Position numbers and translations under genes: made by a program. A model generated the notes under the pieces. It saw only the letters and a list, made by a program, of their open reading frames with translations, was not told the DNA's origin and did no database searches. Shown here one piece after another: positions 22,815 to 36,165 of a stretch of DNA of 64,000 nt. The DNA comes from Podarcis filfolensis (Eukaryota), in the NCBI GenBank assembly GCA_964270895.1, contig OZ185448.1. One strand, given 5' to 3'. Each line of letters starts with the position of its first letter. Position 1 is the first letter of the stretch.

Positions 22815-23505
22815 ATTTTAGAGTAGGTAGAATCCTAGGAGGTCATCTATTCTACCAGCCTCTGCTCAATGCAGTAGTTAGCCTTACAACTGCAGCAAGA
22901 TTGATTTTGGCCTCTGCTTAAATATATCCCACTTTCGTCCATCAGAAAGGCTGCAAGGCAGAGGTCCCAGCCAGGTAGACACAGATATGGGACTCATAAA
23001 AGGTTTGTTCAGATTTGTAATAGCAAATGCTACCTTTTAGAATAGTCCCCAGGTGACTTAAATATGAGAAGTACAAAATATATAGAAATCCTTCTCCCCA
23101 CCTGCACCTGAGATGTAATGCATCGTTATACATTGTTTAATATGTGTTTATGTTGTGTGTGTTATTTGGAAATATTACTTGTTTCTTATACTAAAAATTT
23201 CTTTAAAATTATTTATCCCACTACCTTCCCAGGCAGTCTGTTCCAATGTTGAGCACCTCTTACCATTAATTCTTTTTAATTCTTTTCCTCCTAACCACTT
23301 CTCCTAATGGTTAGACAAAATTTGTTGTAATTGATACCCACTCATTCTTGTCCTGTCCCCAGAGCATCGACAACAGCAAGTTGGCTCTGTATTCTGTGAT
23401 ACTTGAAGACTGATGTTGTGGATCCCCTTGAAATTTCTCTTCTCCAAGTTAAATATGGTCAGCTCTTTCCATTTTCCTCATGGAACTTTGCAACCTCACC
23501 ATCCT
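22815..23505 (-). mobile_element. Old CR1 fragments (22815-22935, 23215-23505)
   Basis: GGAGGTCATCTA.TC, GGCAGTCTGTTCCA..TCTTACC and TTCTCTTCTCCAAGTTAAA are the reverse of CR1 ORF2-end and 3' UTR motifs. Confidence 0.65.
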
Positions 23506-24548
23506 GAATACTAGCCAAACCGAGCTTTCTCAGATAACCCTGGGTCTTGCTTGAGTTGGGTTGTGATATCCCCAGATCACTACAGGCCAGGTTGAGAGCT
23601 TGGATTCATCTGAAGCTGCCAGGGGTGGGGCATCAGACAGGAAGAAGAGACAGGCATGAGCAAGAAGAAGGCAAGAAACCTTGAAAGGAAGAGACCTACC
23701 AGATAGTTTCACCTTTGTGAGACAAGGTAGGGGGTGCCTTTCCCAACAAGCCTCTCTTTCTCACCACTTCCAGGTCTCTCCTTCTTCCTGTTTCTGAAGG
23801 ATCTGATCCTACATAGGAAGAGGCTGGGGACAAAATTGGAATCAGTTGCCTCTGCCTGTCATTGGCTCTGGATCTGCCTACCTTGCATCCCAGCAGTCCT
23901 CATGGGTACCAGACACCGCTGACTCAGGCTAGCTCCTTTACACATTCATGTACATCATTCCATCCTACTCAGTTCAAATATTTTCTGTAGTTTGGGTCCC
24001 AGTCTTCCAGGATCTGCATCAAATATTTCTCTTCTGCTAGTGGCACCTTAGGGTTTCACTATTTCCTTTACTTACCAGGATTTCAGCCCGTAAGTGGTCT
24101 CCGTTGTATCCAATCACACCTTCAAGTCTCATTACCCCAGTAATTTATATGCACAATAAAAAAAGCTGTAGACTTGACACTAATCTTACCCCCAACAACA
24201 AAAAGTCACCCCCAAAATATTTGTATTAATTTTTATTCCTAGGTTTTAATTGGAGAGTTTGCTTTTTCACCAGAGAAATAAACAGTTGAGTTCAGCTATC
24301 CAAGGGCCATGTAGTTTCATTAGAATTTACATTAATTCCTCATTAGCCAACAACATGAATGTTGAGATCAATCGAGAACAGAGAGGAAAGAGCATTGCCC
24401 TGAGGTGTAAGTGAAATTTTGGTTCAATTATAGTAACACCAAGCCGCAACTATTCTGTTTTTGTGAATGTATTAGGCACTGACGGAAAACGTTCCATTAG
24501 ATTTTTGTTGGTGCCTCTTGTAAAAAATGTTCACTTATTCACTGACAG

Positions 24549-24903
24549 CATAGGTGAGGAAGCTTTCTTCAGCCCAGGAGAGGTCACAGCCCCACCTAGG
24601 TATTCTTTCTGGGGCCACATGTTTTGGGTGGGATCAGAGGCAAAAGTGGGCAGAACAACAGGTACGGTAGATGACATTCCAGCCACACAAAAGTCAGAGG
24701 CTTCTGCACTCTTCCACACATCTCTGCTTCTTCCATCCAGGTGAGGGTTGTCACACTTCAATGACACATTCCAGCCAGGCAAAAGCAATTGAGGAATGGA
24801 GAAAGCAGGGCTAGGAAGCAGACGTGGCTTAGGGAGAGCTATCCAGGGTCTGGATAGAGAACTCTGGAGGGCCACATTCTGTACCTGAGGTTCCCCACCC
24901 CTG
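24549..24903. mobile_element. hAT-like MITE
   Basis: Right TIR GGTTCCCCACCCCTG, degenerate left TIR; 8-bp TSD ACTGACAG/ATTTACAG (6/8 match). Confidence 0.75.
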
Positions 24904-25317
24904 ATTTACAGCATCCATGCTAGCCCTAGCTCTCAACTCCTTTCACCCACTTTACCATCGTCACATAAATAAATCCAACAGGATGCAAAATGTGTTGCGA
25001 CATCAGCTAGTCACAGTGCAATCCTCAACTTTCAGCCTTGATGGAGCTAATCCACTACCCTCATTCTCAGTGTGGTCCTTCAGAGATGTCACCTACTCAC
25101 CAAACCTTCTTTTGCTATACAGTATTGTGTCCCAGAGCAAACTCCAATTCTCCAATCTCTCACTCCTCCTCCTCCTCATCCTACCATGCTCATGATACTC
25201 AGGCACTAGATAAGGAAGCCCCAAGGGCCACATTTGCCCCTCCCCACCTCACTCCCATCCTGAGGTTCCTCACACTTGCTGAAAAAGATTGGAAATTGCT
25301 ACTATTCACACAAAGTA

Positions 25318-25543
25318 CAGTGGTACCTCGTGTTACAGACGCTTCAGGTTACAGACTCCGCTAACCCAGAAATAGTACCTCGGGTTAAGAACTTTGCTTC
25401 AGGATGAGAACAGAAATTGCGCGGCAGTGGCGAGGTGGCAGTGGGAGGCCCCATTAGCTAAAGTGGTACCTCAGGTTAAGAACAGTTTCAGGTTAAGAAC
25501 CGACCTCCAGAACGAATTAAGTCCTTAACCTGAGGTACCACTG
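25318..25543 (-). mobile_element. Tigger/pogo-like MITE (opposite orientation)
   Basis: TA-CAGTGGTACCTCGTGTTA..TAACCTGAGGTACCACTG-TA. Confidence 0.93.
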
Positions 25544-26116
25544 TATGCACTTTGGGAGAGGGAAAGTAAGAAAAACACCAGAATGGCTAGTTTGTGTCCA
25601 AATTTGCAATAAGAGAATCTTTCGCCCATTGGCCAAAGAACTGAAGAGTCATTTCAAACAAAGAAAAGACCCTGAAATGCTCAGGAAATGCTTCTTTAAA
25701 AAAAAAACATGCTATTGCTCTCTACTAAGAAATATAAATTCCACTTAAAAGAAAATAAAAAGCAGGAACTGTCATTCAGTTGTTCCGGGTGCACTTTGAT
25801 ATGCTCAACTTGTTTTTAATGAAAAAACTTGCTTGCTTTGGGGGAATGTTAAATAGCTGTGAATTGAGAAGAGGCATTTTGCTTCATCAAATATCTTAAA
25901 GTTCTTCCAATATTTCAGTCTGCCCACCTGCCCGTGAAAGCAGCAGCTATGGAGGAATAAAACTTTTTTTTTTTAATTCCCCAAACAAGCTGTTCTACTA
26001 TTGAAAGAAAACTAATTAAAGTTAAAAATTAAAAGTATTATTACTAAAGGAGCTTCTACACAAGCAGAAAATGACAATTTGCAAGCAGATCAAGCAATAC
26101 TGAAGTGGCATTAAAC

Positions 26117-26117
<1 letters not shown>

Positions 26118-26166
<49 letters not shown>

Positions 26167-26350
26167 TACAAATGATTTATTCCTCATATTCTTGTCCCTC
26201 ATATTTCTCCAAGTTGCTCAGGGTATGATAAGCCCCCTTTATTCTCACAACAACCCTGTGAGGTATGTTAAGATGAGAGAGTGATTGACCCAAGGCAAAT
26301 GTCATGGCTGAACCAGGACTGGACCTTCCAGCCACCGTGAGTTTTCATGC
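26118..26350 (-). mobile_element. Degenerate CORE/MIR-like SINE with (AAT)n tail
   Basis: TTCTCACAACAACCCTGTGAGGTA..GACCCAAGG core motif; (ATT)n at 26118-26165. Confidence 0.6.
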
Positions 26351-27289
26351 CCAATAGAATGCTGACAGCATAGAGATAAGGAAATTCTGGGCTAACTAAT
26401 CTCATTGTCTGGAAAGGGAACTTCAGGGTCACATCATAAAACAAGATGTGATGAGTATCATTGCCTACCAACTTTTAAATGAAATGCATCTATTAATGAA
26501 CGTGTTAATGCTGCCTACAAAGCCATTGGGTTTTTATGCCACAGCATCCCATTGTTGAGCTCATTATCCATGATAATCCACAAATCCTTCTTGGCGACAT
26601 GACTTGCCCAGGCCCATTATCCACCATCTTAAACAGCTGCATTTGGCACTTGCTTCCTATCATCAGAGCCCCTGATTATTCAATCCACTCATTATCAAAC
26701 GAGGCACATCGGCCTGTGCAGTGCGCACTCAGGCTTTGACGTGCTAAGCCGACACATGAAGTCATCCCAATTTAAGTAATCCTTGGAAAGAGGGAAAGCA
26801 GGGGAGCATCACAGTTTGATCTGTGGCTTCATGGCTTCACTTCTCATAATACTGCTCCTCAACCAGAGAAGAAAGACCCACATGATCCCCACAGGAGAAG
26901 CATAATGCTGGGGTAGCCAACGTTGTGCCCTCCAAGTTACTACTATTATCACTACTGATTTTTAATCCCATTCCAAACAGCAAGTACATTCAAAACCAAA
27001 CTAAAACCATACCAACTCATTTATCCAGCCAGTTGAAACAAAAAATATCTTCAATTGGTTTCCAGAAAGTGCAGATAGTGTGTATTTGTCATACAGGAAT
27101 GCTATTCCACAGGACAGGAGCTGCCACATTAAAAGCCCTGCACCAAGTTATTGTGGTGCAGGCTTCTGAGATCTTTGAAGCTCTCCTGCAGACCACAGTG
27201 TTCTACTGGGTGTATTAAGGCAAATGTTGTTGGACTTTTAACTCTCCTCAGCCCCAGCTAGCATGGCCAATGGTGAGGTTTGTAAGGGT

Positions 27290-27560
27290 GGGGGAGAAAT
27301 TTGATTCAGTTTACAATGAAATATGAATGTACCAAATTTGTACTTTCTGAAACAACGCATGAACCGAAATACAGCATGATCCTTTCAAATTCACACTTGC
27401 AGTACAATCCTCCAAACAAGTAACGTGAACAAATATGCAAACGTTGTGGTATAAAGTATACATATATTAGTGAAAATAACATGCAAATTTCTATTAGGAT
27501 GAATTGCTTTGCAAAAAAAATGTGCATATTAGGCAAAAATTCATTTTAAAAATTTGGAAG
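27290..27560 (+). repeat. Unclassified interspersed repeat (probably DNA-transposon derived)
   Basis: AAATTTGATTCAGTTT..CCAAATTTGTACTTTCTGAAACAA..ATCCTTTCAAATT shared with 35400 and 54690. Confidence 0.6.
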
Positions 27561-27974
27561 TCGTAGTCCAACCATATCTGGACAGCACTAAATTGGCTAT
27601 CCTTGCATTGTGCTATTTTATTCCAATGTTGATTTAAAATCAGCTCAGTTGTGTCCTCCCAGCAAAGAAATTAAAACTACACTGCATTGTTCAAGCTTTC
27701 CTGACTTAAAGATTTCCTGCTTTTAGGTTTAGAAACAGAATGGACTAGTCAAATGCATCTGTCAATAACATAAGTGACACACCCCCAATGCATGTTTTAT
27801 GTAGGAATCCTAGTGAAGGGAATTATGCAGATAAAGCAATAAGTACTAGAGAAATCGTCCTTTTCTCCATTAACCACTGATCGCTACCATACCTCACAAG
27901 AATATGGAATTATATCAAAAAGCTCAAGAAGTTCACACCAGCTACACTCAGGGACTCTTCCAGATCTACAGATT

Positions 27975-28035
27975 CTAGGATGCTGGACTAGATGAGCCAT
28001 TGACCTAATCCAGCAGTCTCTTTTTATGTTCTTAT
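27975..28035 (+). mobile_element. CR1-type terminal fragment
   Basis: GGATGCTGGACTAGATGAGCCATTGACCTAATCCAGCAG..TTATGTTCTTATG. Confidence 0.7.
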
Positions 28036-29594
28036 GGAGGGATGATTCTGCAGGTGACACCAAGAATCAAGGAGCAGAAAACAGCCATAGAACAACTGCA
28101 TGGCTTCTCTTGTGCTCTGCCGTAACCCTTGGTTTTGCAAGTAAATAAGATTCTTATTTTGAAAAGGTCAGTGGGAGTCACTGAGGGGCCTTGGAAACAA
28201 CAAGCAGAAATATTCCTCACCAATTATCATGCAACCTTAATGCTGTTCACTGCTCCACTTTTGAAAGCTTCTGACAGGGTTCATGGGATGAAGCAGCAGT
28301 TCCATGCATAAAGATTCAAAACAGAAGGAGGGGGAAAAGGGGGGGAGACTTTTGACTTCATACTTTCATCAGGCCCAGCATGCAAGCAGGGATTATGATC
28401 GATACTTCTGGCTTCTTTGGTTTGACAAATAAATCACAGCAAGGTGTCCATCAGTGAACAAAGGAATGGAAAACAGGAGAGGGAGATTCAGCTTTCTTCG
28501 ATGTTAGGATCCCCTCTCACCCCTCAAGTCCATGAGCATGTAGAAAGGGGCTATGGCATAAAGATCCTGCAGGGGCACAAGGAACCATGTGCACGAGCAG
28601 GTGCTGGGCACGCATTTGTTTACTTGGAGTGTAATCTCAGCTCCAGGGCTTAAGAGAGCCACAGCCACACATGGAAAGTGGGAGGCAGAAAGATTGCTGA
28701 ACCAGGCCAGAGCTGGTGCAGCAATTGGGTCCAGTTCAAGGCTACCGACATCATGGATCTCAAGCTGGTTCCACTGTCATCCCATGATGCCAATAGATGC
28801 AAGGATGGCTCAACACACACCTCTCCCTGCCCCTCAGAGCCATGTCCTAGGGGCCGAGGTCTCTTCAACCACCCCAGTAAAATATTTGAGGGGGCCAGAG
28901 CTCCCCCCCCCCAAGTTGAAGAGCATTGTCATTCAAATGGTGTGCATGTGTCACATCTTGTGATTGATTATGCAGGGCGGGACATACCTGGAACCTTCCA
29001 ATGTTTTATTCAAGTTAGCACCCCTGACTTACTGGGTGGTACGTCCTCCCTTTTGAAATACAAGATGCCCCATCAATATTAGCATCCTGCCAGCTCTTGA
29101 AGACTCACAGGTTTATTCAAGCATCCCCCTGTTATGATTGCTGTTTTGACGGTTTTAATTGTTATGCTTTTTAACGGGCTTGCTTTATTGTCTAATTTAA
29201 TTGTGGATGTTTTTAATGTTTTGTTTTATTGTGTGTTTTAATGGGGTGTACTTAATTTTATACTGGCAAAATTGTTTAGAAGCCATTTTGGCACATAAGC
29301 AGTATCTATATGAAATGATGGTGGTGATGATGCCCTGTTCAGCAGTGAAAGCCAATTCATCCTAGTCTTTGCCTCATCTTCCTCCCCACTCAGTTCTACA
29401 CTGAGACTATGGAGGAGGAGGAAGCAAGTAGGCAGTGGTAAGAAGGTACACAGGTGGGAGCTGGCAGAGGGCAGACTGTGTTTGTTAGGACTTTGACCCA
29501 TTTGCCTTCATAAACCAACTTCCACTGGCTGGATAGTCATCTGTCTGGGATGCTGTGGTTGCATCCTGCTGTATATGTAGCTCCTCAAGTATGC

Positions 29595-29655
29595 AACAGA
29601 TTGGACAGGTTCATCTGCAAGATCCCTTTTAGCTCTATACTTCTAGCATTCTATA
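29595..29655 (+). mobile_element. CR1 terminal fragment (octamer type)
   Basis: TTGGACAGG..GATCCCTTTTAGCTCTATACTTCTAGCATTCTAT. Confidence 0.5.
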
Positions 29656-29814
29656 GAATAGTTAATACACTTATGCACTTGCACAAGAGTGGAGTTGCCA
29701 TAATCACTGTTTGTTCAGGCAGGTTCTTGAACAGGCAGAAATATGTCAAGTACCTCTCATCCTGAGGTGGAGGATGCTTCACCTGTTGCATTTCTGCCTG
29801 TTTGGAAGCAAAGA

Positions 29815-29962
29815 CGACATCTGAAGGCAGGCCTGTTCAGGGAAGTTTTTAATGTGTGACATCTTAGTGTGTTTTTGGTCTTTGTTGGAGGCCACCCAGA
29901 GTGGCTGGGGAAGCCCAGCCAGATGGGCGGGGTACAAATAATAAATTATTATTATTATTATT

Positions 29963-30001
<39 letters not shown>

Positions 30002-30002
30002 G
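29815..30002 (+). mobile_element. L2 LINE 3' end with compound (ATT)n(GTT)n tail
   Basis: GACATCTGAAGGCAGGCCTGTTCAGGGAAG..CCCAGAGTGGCTGGGGAAGCCCAGCCAGATGGGCGGGG. Confidence 0.85.
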
Positions 30003-31424
30003 ACTGAAAAAAGAGACAGAAACCTCAAAACAAGAGAGATGGCATGTATTTGCCTTCTCTGGGCTGTACAGATGTAAATGTTTTTATGCACATCAAGAAG
30101 GCTTATCATTTTTCCCCATTAATCTCTCATAACAATCTGGTCTATAGTTTAATGCACCCATCTTACATGGTGTTGGATATGATTACATTTCCAAGGGTCT
30201 TCCATCCCATCAGCAAAATCAATGTAATTGTGAAAATGACTTCTCTTTTGTCAGGGCAATAAAGATACTTCACATTAAATGCCTATTTCGCTACTAGGCC
30301 CATCAATGCATGAAAACCTTTGATTGTTGTAAAAGATGCTGAACCCTTCTTGGATTGTTTAAAAGCAATTTAGCACAGGGGTGGGAATGTTAGAGAAACC
30401 AGGCGGAAACATTCAGAGTTGGCCAAATGAAGTAAATAATGGCATTCGTATTCTGTGTTCAACCATTTTATTGAGTTATTCATGGAAAAAAGAACAAATG
30501 GGCAGTTCCGCCCCACTCTGATTCAATTTGGAACTGGGCTTGACAAACTGAACCATTTTCATTATATATATATATAAAAAGATTTGTTTCTTCTGAGCTG
30601 AAACGGGATCCTCCTACACACTGGATTTGTCCAAATCCTGAGCTGAATTTGGTCATTTTGGGGGCATCCAGACTTGGGCTAAGTCAGAGCAGTTCAGGGC
30701 TATCAGGGGGAGGAAGTCTGGCAGAAAGGCTGCAGGGGCCTCATTTGCCAGCATGTCCCCCCCCCCATGGAATGTGCTTTTGAAGTAAACCCCAACTCCT
30801 TGGCTGCAGGGTGCTGCTTGGCTGCAGTAACGAAATGTTTTGTGAAGCAGCGTTCTGCAGGATCAGAACCCACTCTCCATTCTCAGCAGAGGGGGAATGA
30901 GACATCCAAGATCCCACTTGGCTCCCGATCAAGAGTGTGAGAGGATCTGAGTGTTTCATCCAATCCCCTTGACCCTCTCCCACTGCCCCTTTCTCCCTTT
31001 CCTGACCTGACGGTAACACAAGAGGTCCCCTGCCTTGGTGCTTCCTCGAACTCTCCTAGGACAGTGTTCCAGAAGCCAGGGAGCCTGGAGAATTCAGTTT
31101 TCCCAGGGTCTCCAAGATTCTAGCACTACACTGAGATTATAACTGGATCAATTTGGGGAGATCTGGGGTTCGTCTGAATCTAGCCAAGACAGCCTTAGAT
31201 TATGATCTGCCTTGAAGAAGGGGTTTAGCCTAGCCTTCTCACTGGCAGGCTACTTTTTCCATGCGCAAGGAACTTTGTTCCACACATTATTTAGCACATT
31301 CCAAGGGGTAAAGTTGGTATGATGTTAATTGCACATGTGCAATTTAACATGAAATTTTGGTGGGGTGAGGTGATGAAAACTGCAGTTAAGAGGAAGCCAG
31401 GGGCTGGTGAGGGAGTTCTCCTTG

Positions 31425-31570
31425 AAAATGGCAGCAAAAGTTATCAAGGGAATGGTGCAACTCCCCTATGACGAAAGGTTAGAACATTTTGAGCTTTTTA
31501 GTTTAGAGAAAAAAAGAGGAAGAGGCAACATGATGGACATGCATAAAATTATGGCAGGGAGAGAAAGAGT
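31425..31570 (+). mobile_element. CR1 ORF2 fragment
   Basis: Translates KVIKGMVQLPYDERLEHFELFSLEKKRGRGNMM (cf. CR1 YEERL..L.LFSLEKRRLRGD). Confidence 0.85.
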
Positions 31571-33868
31571 GAAACTCAACCCCCACCCACCTGCCCCACA
31601 GTCTGAGTCTACTCCTGATTCCCCACGGCTGCTAATGTACTTGACAACAACAAAAAAGTGTGCATGTTAATTGCAGTCACACAATTACCATCACTTCCAG
31701 TCTGGCCTTTAGCATGACTATTCAGAGTGTGAAAAGCAAGTGATGTGTGTTATACAGACAGCCAAGAGTCAAGCAGGACACGTAATACAATTGATGGCAT
31801 CTAGAGCAGTTTATGTGAGCTGGGGGGAATGCAAGGAGAAGCGATGAAATAGTCAGTGGAATACAAATGTATAACACCAAGAAATCTTTTGGCTGTCATG
31901 AGCAGTCAGCCTCCATCTCTCTGTTCCATTCCTAATCCAGTACGCTGAATGGAGCCATTTGAAGGAGCAACCCACTTCATGGGAGACTGCCTCATTCTGT
32001 TAGAAGCACTGAGGCATTGATGACATCTTCATACGGAAGAGCATCAAACAGGCAGCAGCCAGAAAATAGAAGACTGCTCTATTTGCAGAGCTCTTAAACA
32101 GGGGTGCTCTGCTGAAAGCCACTAACAAGTGTTCCGATTTCCAGTTTTGTTGTGCTCTGTGGTTCCATCCCCCAGACTGCCAGGCAAACTGCAATTTGCT
32201 GCTAATGATCAGATCTGTGGAGCGGAGCAGTAGTAATTTCATTCCACACATTCTTTAACACATTCCAAGGGGTAAACTTGGTATGTTGTGGTTTGCACAT
32301 GTGCACTTAGCATAAAGATTGGGGGAGAGAATAAAAATTGCTGTTGATGTTTTGGTTAGAAGGAGGGGTGGGAAATTCCCCCAGTCTGAATAGAATATGC
32401 TTTGCTGAAGGAAGGAAAACAAAACAGAACCAATCAGATAACATATATTCAGGCTGGAGTAGTACCCAAGGAGATATTGCCTTATAGATGCATTCAATAT
32501 AATGGTAGATTTGAAGTCTTGTTGTGATGTTGAGTACATTGCCTTGAGCACCTGACAGAAGGAGGGGGTGCTTCACAAGCACTTCCCAGCCAGACAAGAA
32601 CACTCAGAGGGTGAAAAGCAGGGTCTGTAGTGTGGTCTGGGGAGAGGGAGTGTGGCCTGGAGAGATTACCAAGGGCCATGTAGAGAGGACTGAAGGGCCA
32701 CATTCCATCCCCAGGGCTGAGGTTCCCAACCCCTGGCTTATCATACTGGACAGGTTCATCTTTCACCTGTTCCCATGTACTGACTTTTACAATGACCAAT
32801 AAGAGGGCTGTCACTACAAGGTGTTCTCCAATAGCATCACTTCTTCTCCTGCCCTGCTTGTCACTGTCAGTTAGGAAATCTACAGTCTCAGTTCCTTTTG
32901 CATATTTAATCCCCATGTTGTACAAGTCTGAAATGAAGTAGGGGGGGGGTGTTAAATCATGCAAAGCAACTAATTAAGTTCATATTTTTTATATTTGTCA
33001 GTTCAGGTTCCAACATGCTTGTAGGGGAAGTCAGGGGGGAGAATAAAGCATAATGGTCTTTTTTAAGCCATCACAAATCAAAATGTCCTTGTAAAGTAAA
33101 CAGTCAATACTCTAATTGTTCAGCAAATTAAAAAAGCAGTGATCGCATCACCTACACTAATTAATAAGAAATTTCTGGCTTTGACTCAGAGACTTGGATT
33201 TCAGATAAATCTACCAGCAACTTAAAGGCATTGCAGAGAATTTAACGGTACTTTTTGTCGTTCAGGGTTGCACAGAAGCTGCTAACAAAACAAAACAAAA
33301 CAAAAACAGCACACCAATTTTCTTTGGGATACCAAGAAATAACCAGCAGCCAGGTGAGGGTGTGTGGAATTATATTAAATCATGGGATTCCAGTGATATG
33401 GCAAAAAGAGGATTCTCATATTCCAGGTGGGGAAAGGCCATGTCCACCCCTATGCTTCTTTGATCATCACATTGTACAAGTGAGATCAGTATAAAGGCTG
33501 GGATTTCCAAGGGCTCCTAGGCTTTCAGTCGATGCCAGGTTAACTTGGGAGACATGGCCTATAATGTGACCTCTGCTCCCTAGCTATGTGATTAGCGAAC
33601 AGTGCAGGGAGCAAAGCAGGCATTCTGGTCACATCCACACCTCAGCCCTATTATACCACCTTGACAGGCATGGCTATCCCCCAACTTTAGTTTGGGTTTC
33701 AAACGCACAGGGATACGTACAAAATCCTGTGCAATTGCCCTTCCTCTCCCTGTCCTAGATCCATTTTGCATGTGTTGCTGCTATGCCAAGTAATGTCACT
33801 CACATACCTGCTTTTTGCCCTACCCACCCCGAAAGAAGACTCAAAAAGGCAACTTATTAAGAGGTAAA

Positions 33869-34112
33869 AAGAAGAAGAAGAAGAGTTTGGATTTGATATC
33901 CCGCTTTATCGCTACTCGAAGGAGTCTCAAAGTGGCTAACCTTCTCCTTTCCCTTCCTCCTCCACAACACACACTCTGTGAGGTGAGTGGGGCTGAGAGA
34001 CTTCAGAGAAGTGTGACTAGCCCAAGGTCACCCAGCAGCTGCATGTGGAGGACGCGAACACAGTTCACCAGATTACGAGTCTACTGCTCTTAACCACTAC
34101 ACCACACTGGCT
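33869..34112 (-). mobile_element. tRNA/CORE SINE, Squam3-like, with (CTT)n tail
   Basis: Reverse strand AGCCAGTGTGGTGTAGTGGTTAAGAGC head, GGGTGACCTTGGGCTAGTCAC core, ATAAAGCGGGATATCAAATCCAAACT(CTT)n end. Confidence 0.85.
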
Positions 34113-34963
34113 GGTGATATCTATTAAAATATATTGAATTAGTTATTTGGCTAACTGTCAGATCCTCTAAGTGCGGGCAGGTGAGGAAATGGAGGTGGAG
34201 GCACCTTAAATAACAGGCTAGTGTGCCCCCTCCCATTGGATACTCAGCCCCACGTGGCACCAGGCCCCCACCCAGATGAAGAGGCCACCTTGAGTCTCTT
34301 TCCCCTGGGTGGAAAGTGAAGCAAATTCACCCCCCACAGATAGCAGAAACGAAATGCCTACATTAAAGAAAGGGCAAGCCAACCAGTGAAACCTCTTTCA
34401 AATGTGCATTCTTGCCTTTTTCAATAGGAAGACAAAGCTGCTGTTTCATCAACACGCCCAGAATGAAGAATTGCTCTTATTTCAAATGACCCAGGCATGG
34501 GTTTTTTCCTGCTTTACTCTAGCAAGAACCATAACTCTATCATGCAAGAGGGCGAGAAATCAACAGTAACTGAGTTAATCAAAAACAATACCCCACTGGG
34601 GTCCACGGTTTTGTGAGGGGTTTGGGGGGAAGGGGTTGTAATAGAAATCTTTGTCCCCATTTGCTTTTGATGGCAAATCCAATCTGCTATTCATCATTTC
34701 TGGGCACATTTGTTGAACATTATGAGATTACTTCTTTATATTATATATTTACATGGGAGCGAATGAATTCCATAAATCAAAGTGGATTGAAGGGGAGGGC
34801 AAAGTTATTATTTACAATGTGGCAGCTTTGCCATCATGGCATTTCATTAATTTTATTTATATATATATATATATATAAACACCCTGCACTTTTTGTGCCT
34901 GCAAAAAGTACATGGTTAGGACTGGGCCAAAATCGAACCCTGATCTAGAGGTTAATGCATCTA

Positions 34964-35287
34964 TGTCCACATTCACACCATACACATAAAGCGCTATGAT
35001 GCCACTTCAAACTGTCATGGCTTCCCCCAAAGGATTCTGGGAGCTGTAGTTTGTGAAGGGTGCTGAGAGTCGGTAGGAGACCTCTTTTGCCCTCCCAGAG
35101 ATATAATTCCCAGAGTGATTTAACAAGCAATATCTCTTCACTGGGAACTGTAGCTCTTGGAGGGGAGGAGGGGCTCCTAACAAGTCTCAGGACCTTTAAC
35201 AAACTAGAGCTCCCATAATTCTTTGGGGAAAGCCATGACTGTTTGAAACGGTATCATTACACTTTAAATGTATGGTGTGAATATGGC
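34964..35287. mobile_element. Foldback MITE (possibly PIF/Harbinger-like), near complete
   Basis: Long terminal inverted repeats CCACATTCACACCATAC..AAAGCGCTATGAT and ATCATTACACTTTAAATGTATGGTGTGAATATGG. Confidence 0.75.
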
Positions 35288-35399
35288 TAAATTCAGAAAT
35301 GAAAGGTCAGTCACTGAATTTCATCCTCATAGAGAGCGGTAAAGGCATTGCACAAGACCCCAGATCCTTTGATGGACACTACCAGGAATTTGTAAAGAT

Positions 35400-36165
35400 G
35401 AGGTAGAAATTAAATTCACTTTGCATTTAAAAGCAAACCTACATAATTCTCACATTCTGAAACAACACATGAACCAAAACGCAACCATCCTTTCAAATTT
35501 GCTCTTCTCTGAATTTTTCGATGCAGTCCTCCAGCCAAGTAATATATATATAAATATATATATATATGCCAGGGTGAAGTGTGCATATAAATGCACATAT
35601 TACTGAGAGCAACATTCAGAAAATATATTGTGGGTAAATGCTTCACAAAAAAAGTGCACGAGGCAAAATGCATACAAACATGTCTATATTAATAGAAATT
35701 TGCACTAAAAGGATGATGAATTTTCATGAGAACCTTTAAAGGTAAAGGGACCCCTGACCATTAGGTCCAGTCGTGACTGACTCTGGGGTTGCGGTACTCA
35801 TCTTGCTTTATTGGCCAAGGGAGCCGGTGTACAGCTTCCGGGTCATGTGGCCAGCATGACTAAGCCGCTTCTGGCGAACCAGAGCAGTGCATGGAAATGC
35901 CGTTTACCTTCCCACCAGAGCGGTACCTATTTATCTACTTGCACTTTTGATGTGCTTTCGAACTGCTAGGTTTGCAGGAGCAGGGACCGAGCAACGGGGA
36001 TTCGAACCACTGACCTTCTGATCAGCAAGTCCTAGGCTCTGTGGTTTAACCCACAGCGCCACCCGCGTCCCTCATGAGAACCTTTATTAAAGCGTAAATT
36101 GGTGTGGAAATGTGGAGAGCTAAACTTAAGGCTTGAAAAATGAGAAACTGAAAGAAACATGCATG
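35400..36165 (+). repeat. Unclassified interspersed repeat interrupted by a Sauria SINE
   Basis: Same family as 27290; the sequence resumes after the SINE TSD. Confidence 0.6.
35739..36071 (-). mobile_element. Sauria SINE, full length
   Basis: Perfect 15-bp TSD TCATGAGAACCTTTA at 35724-35738 and 36072-36086. Confidence 0.97.
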
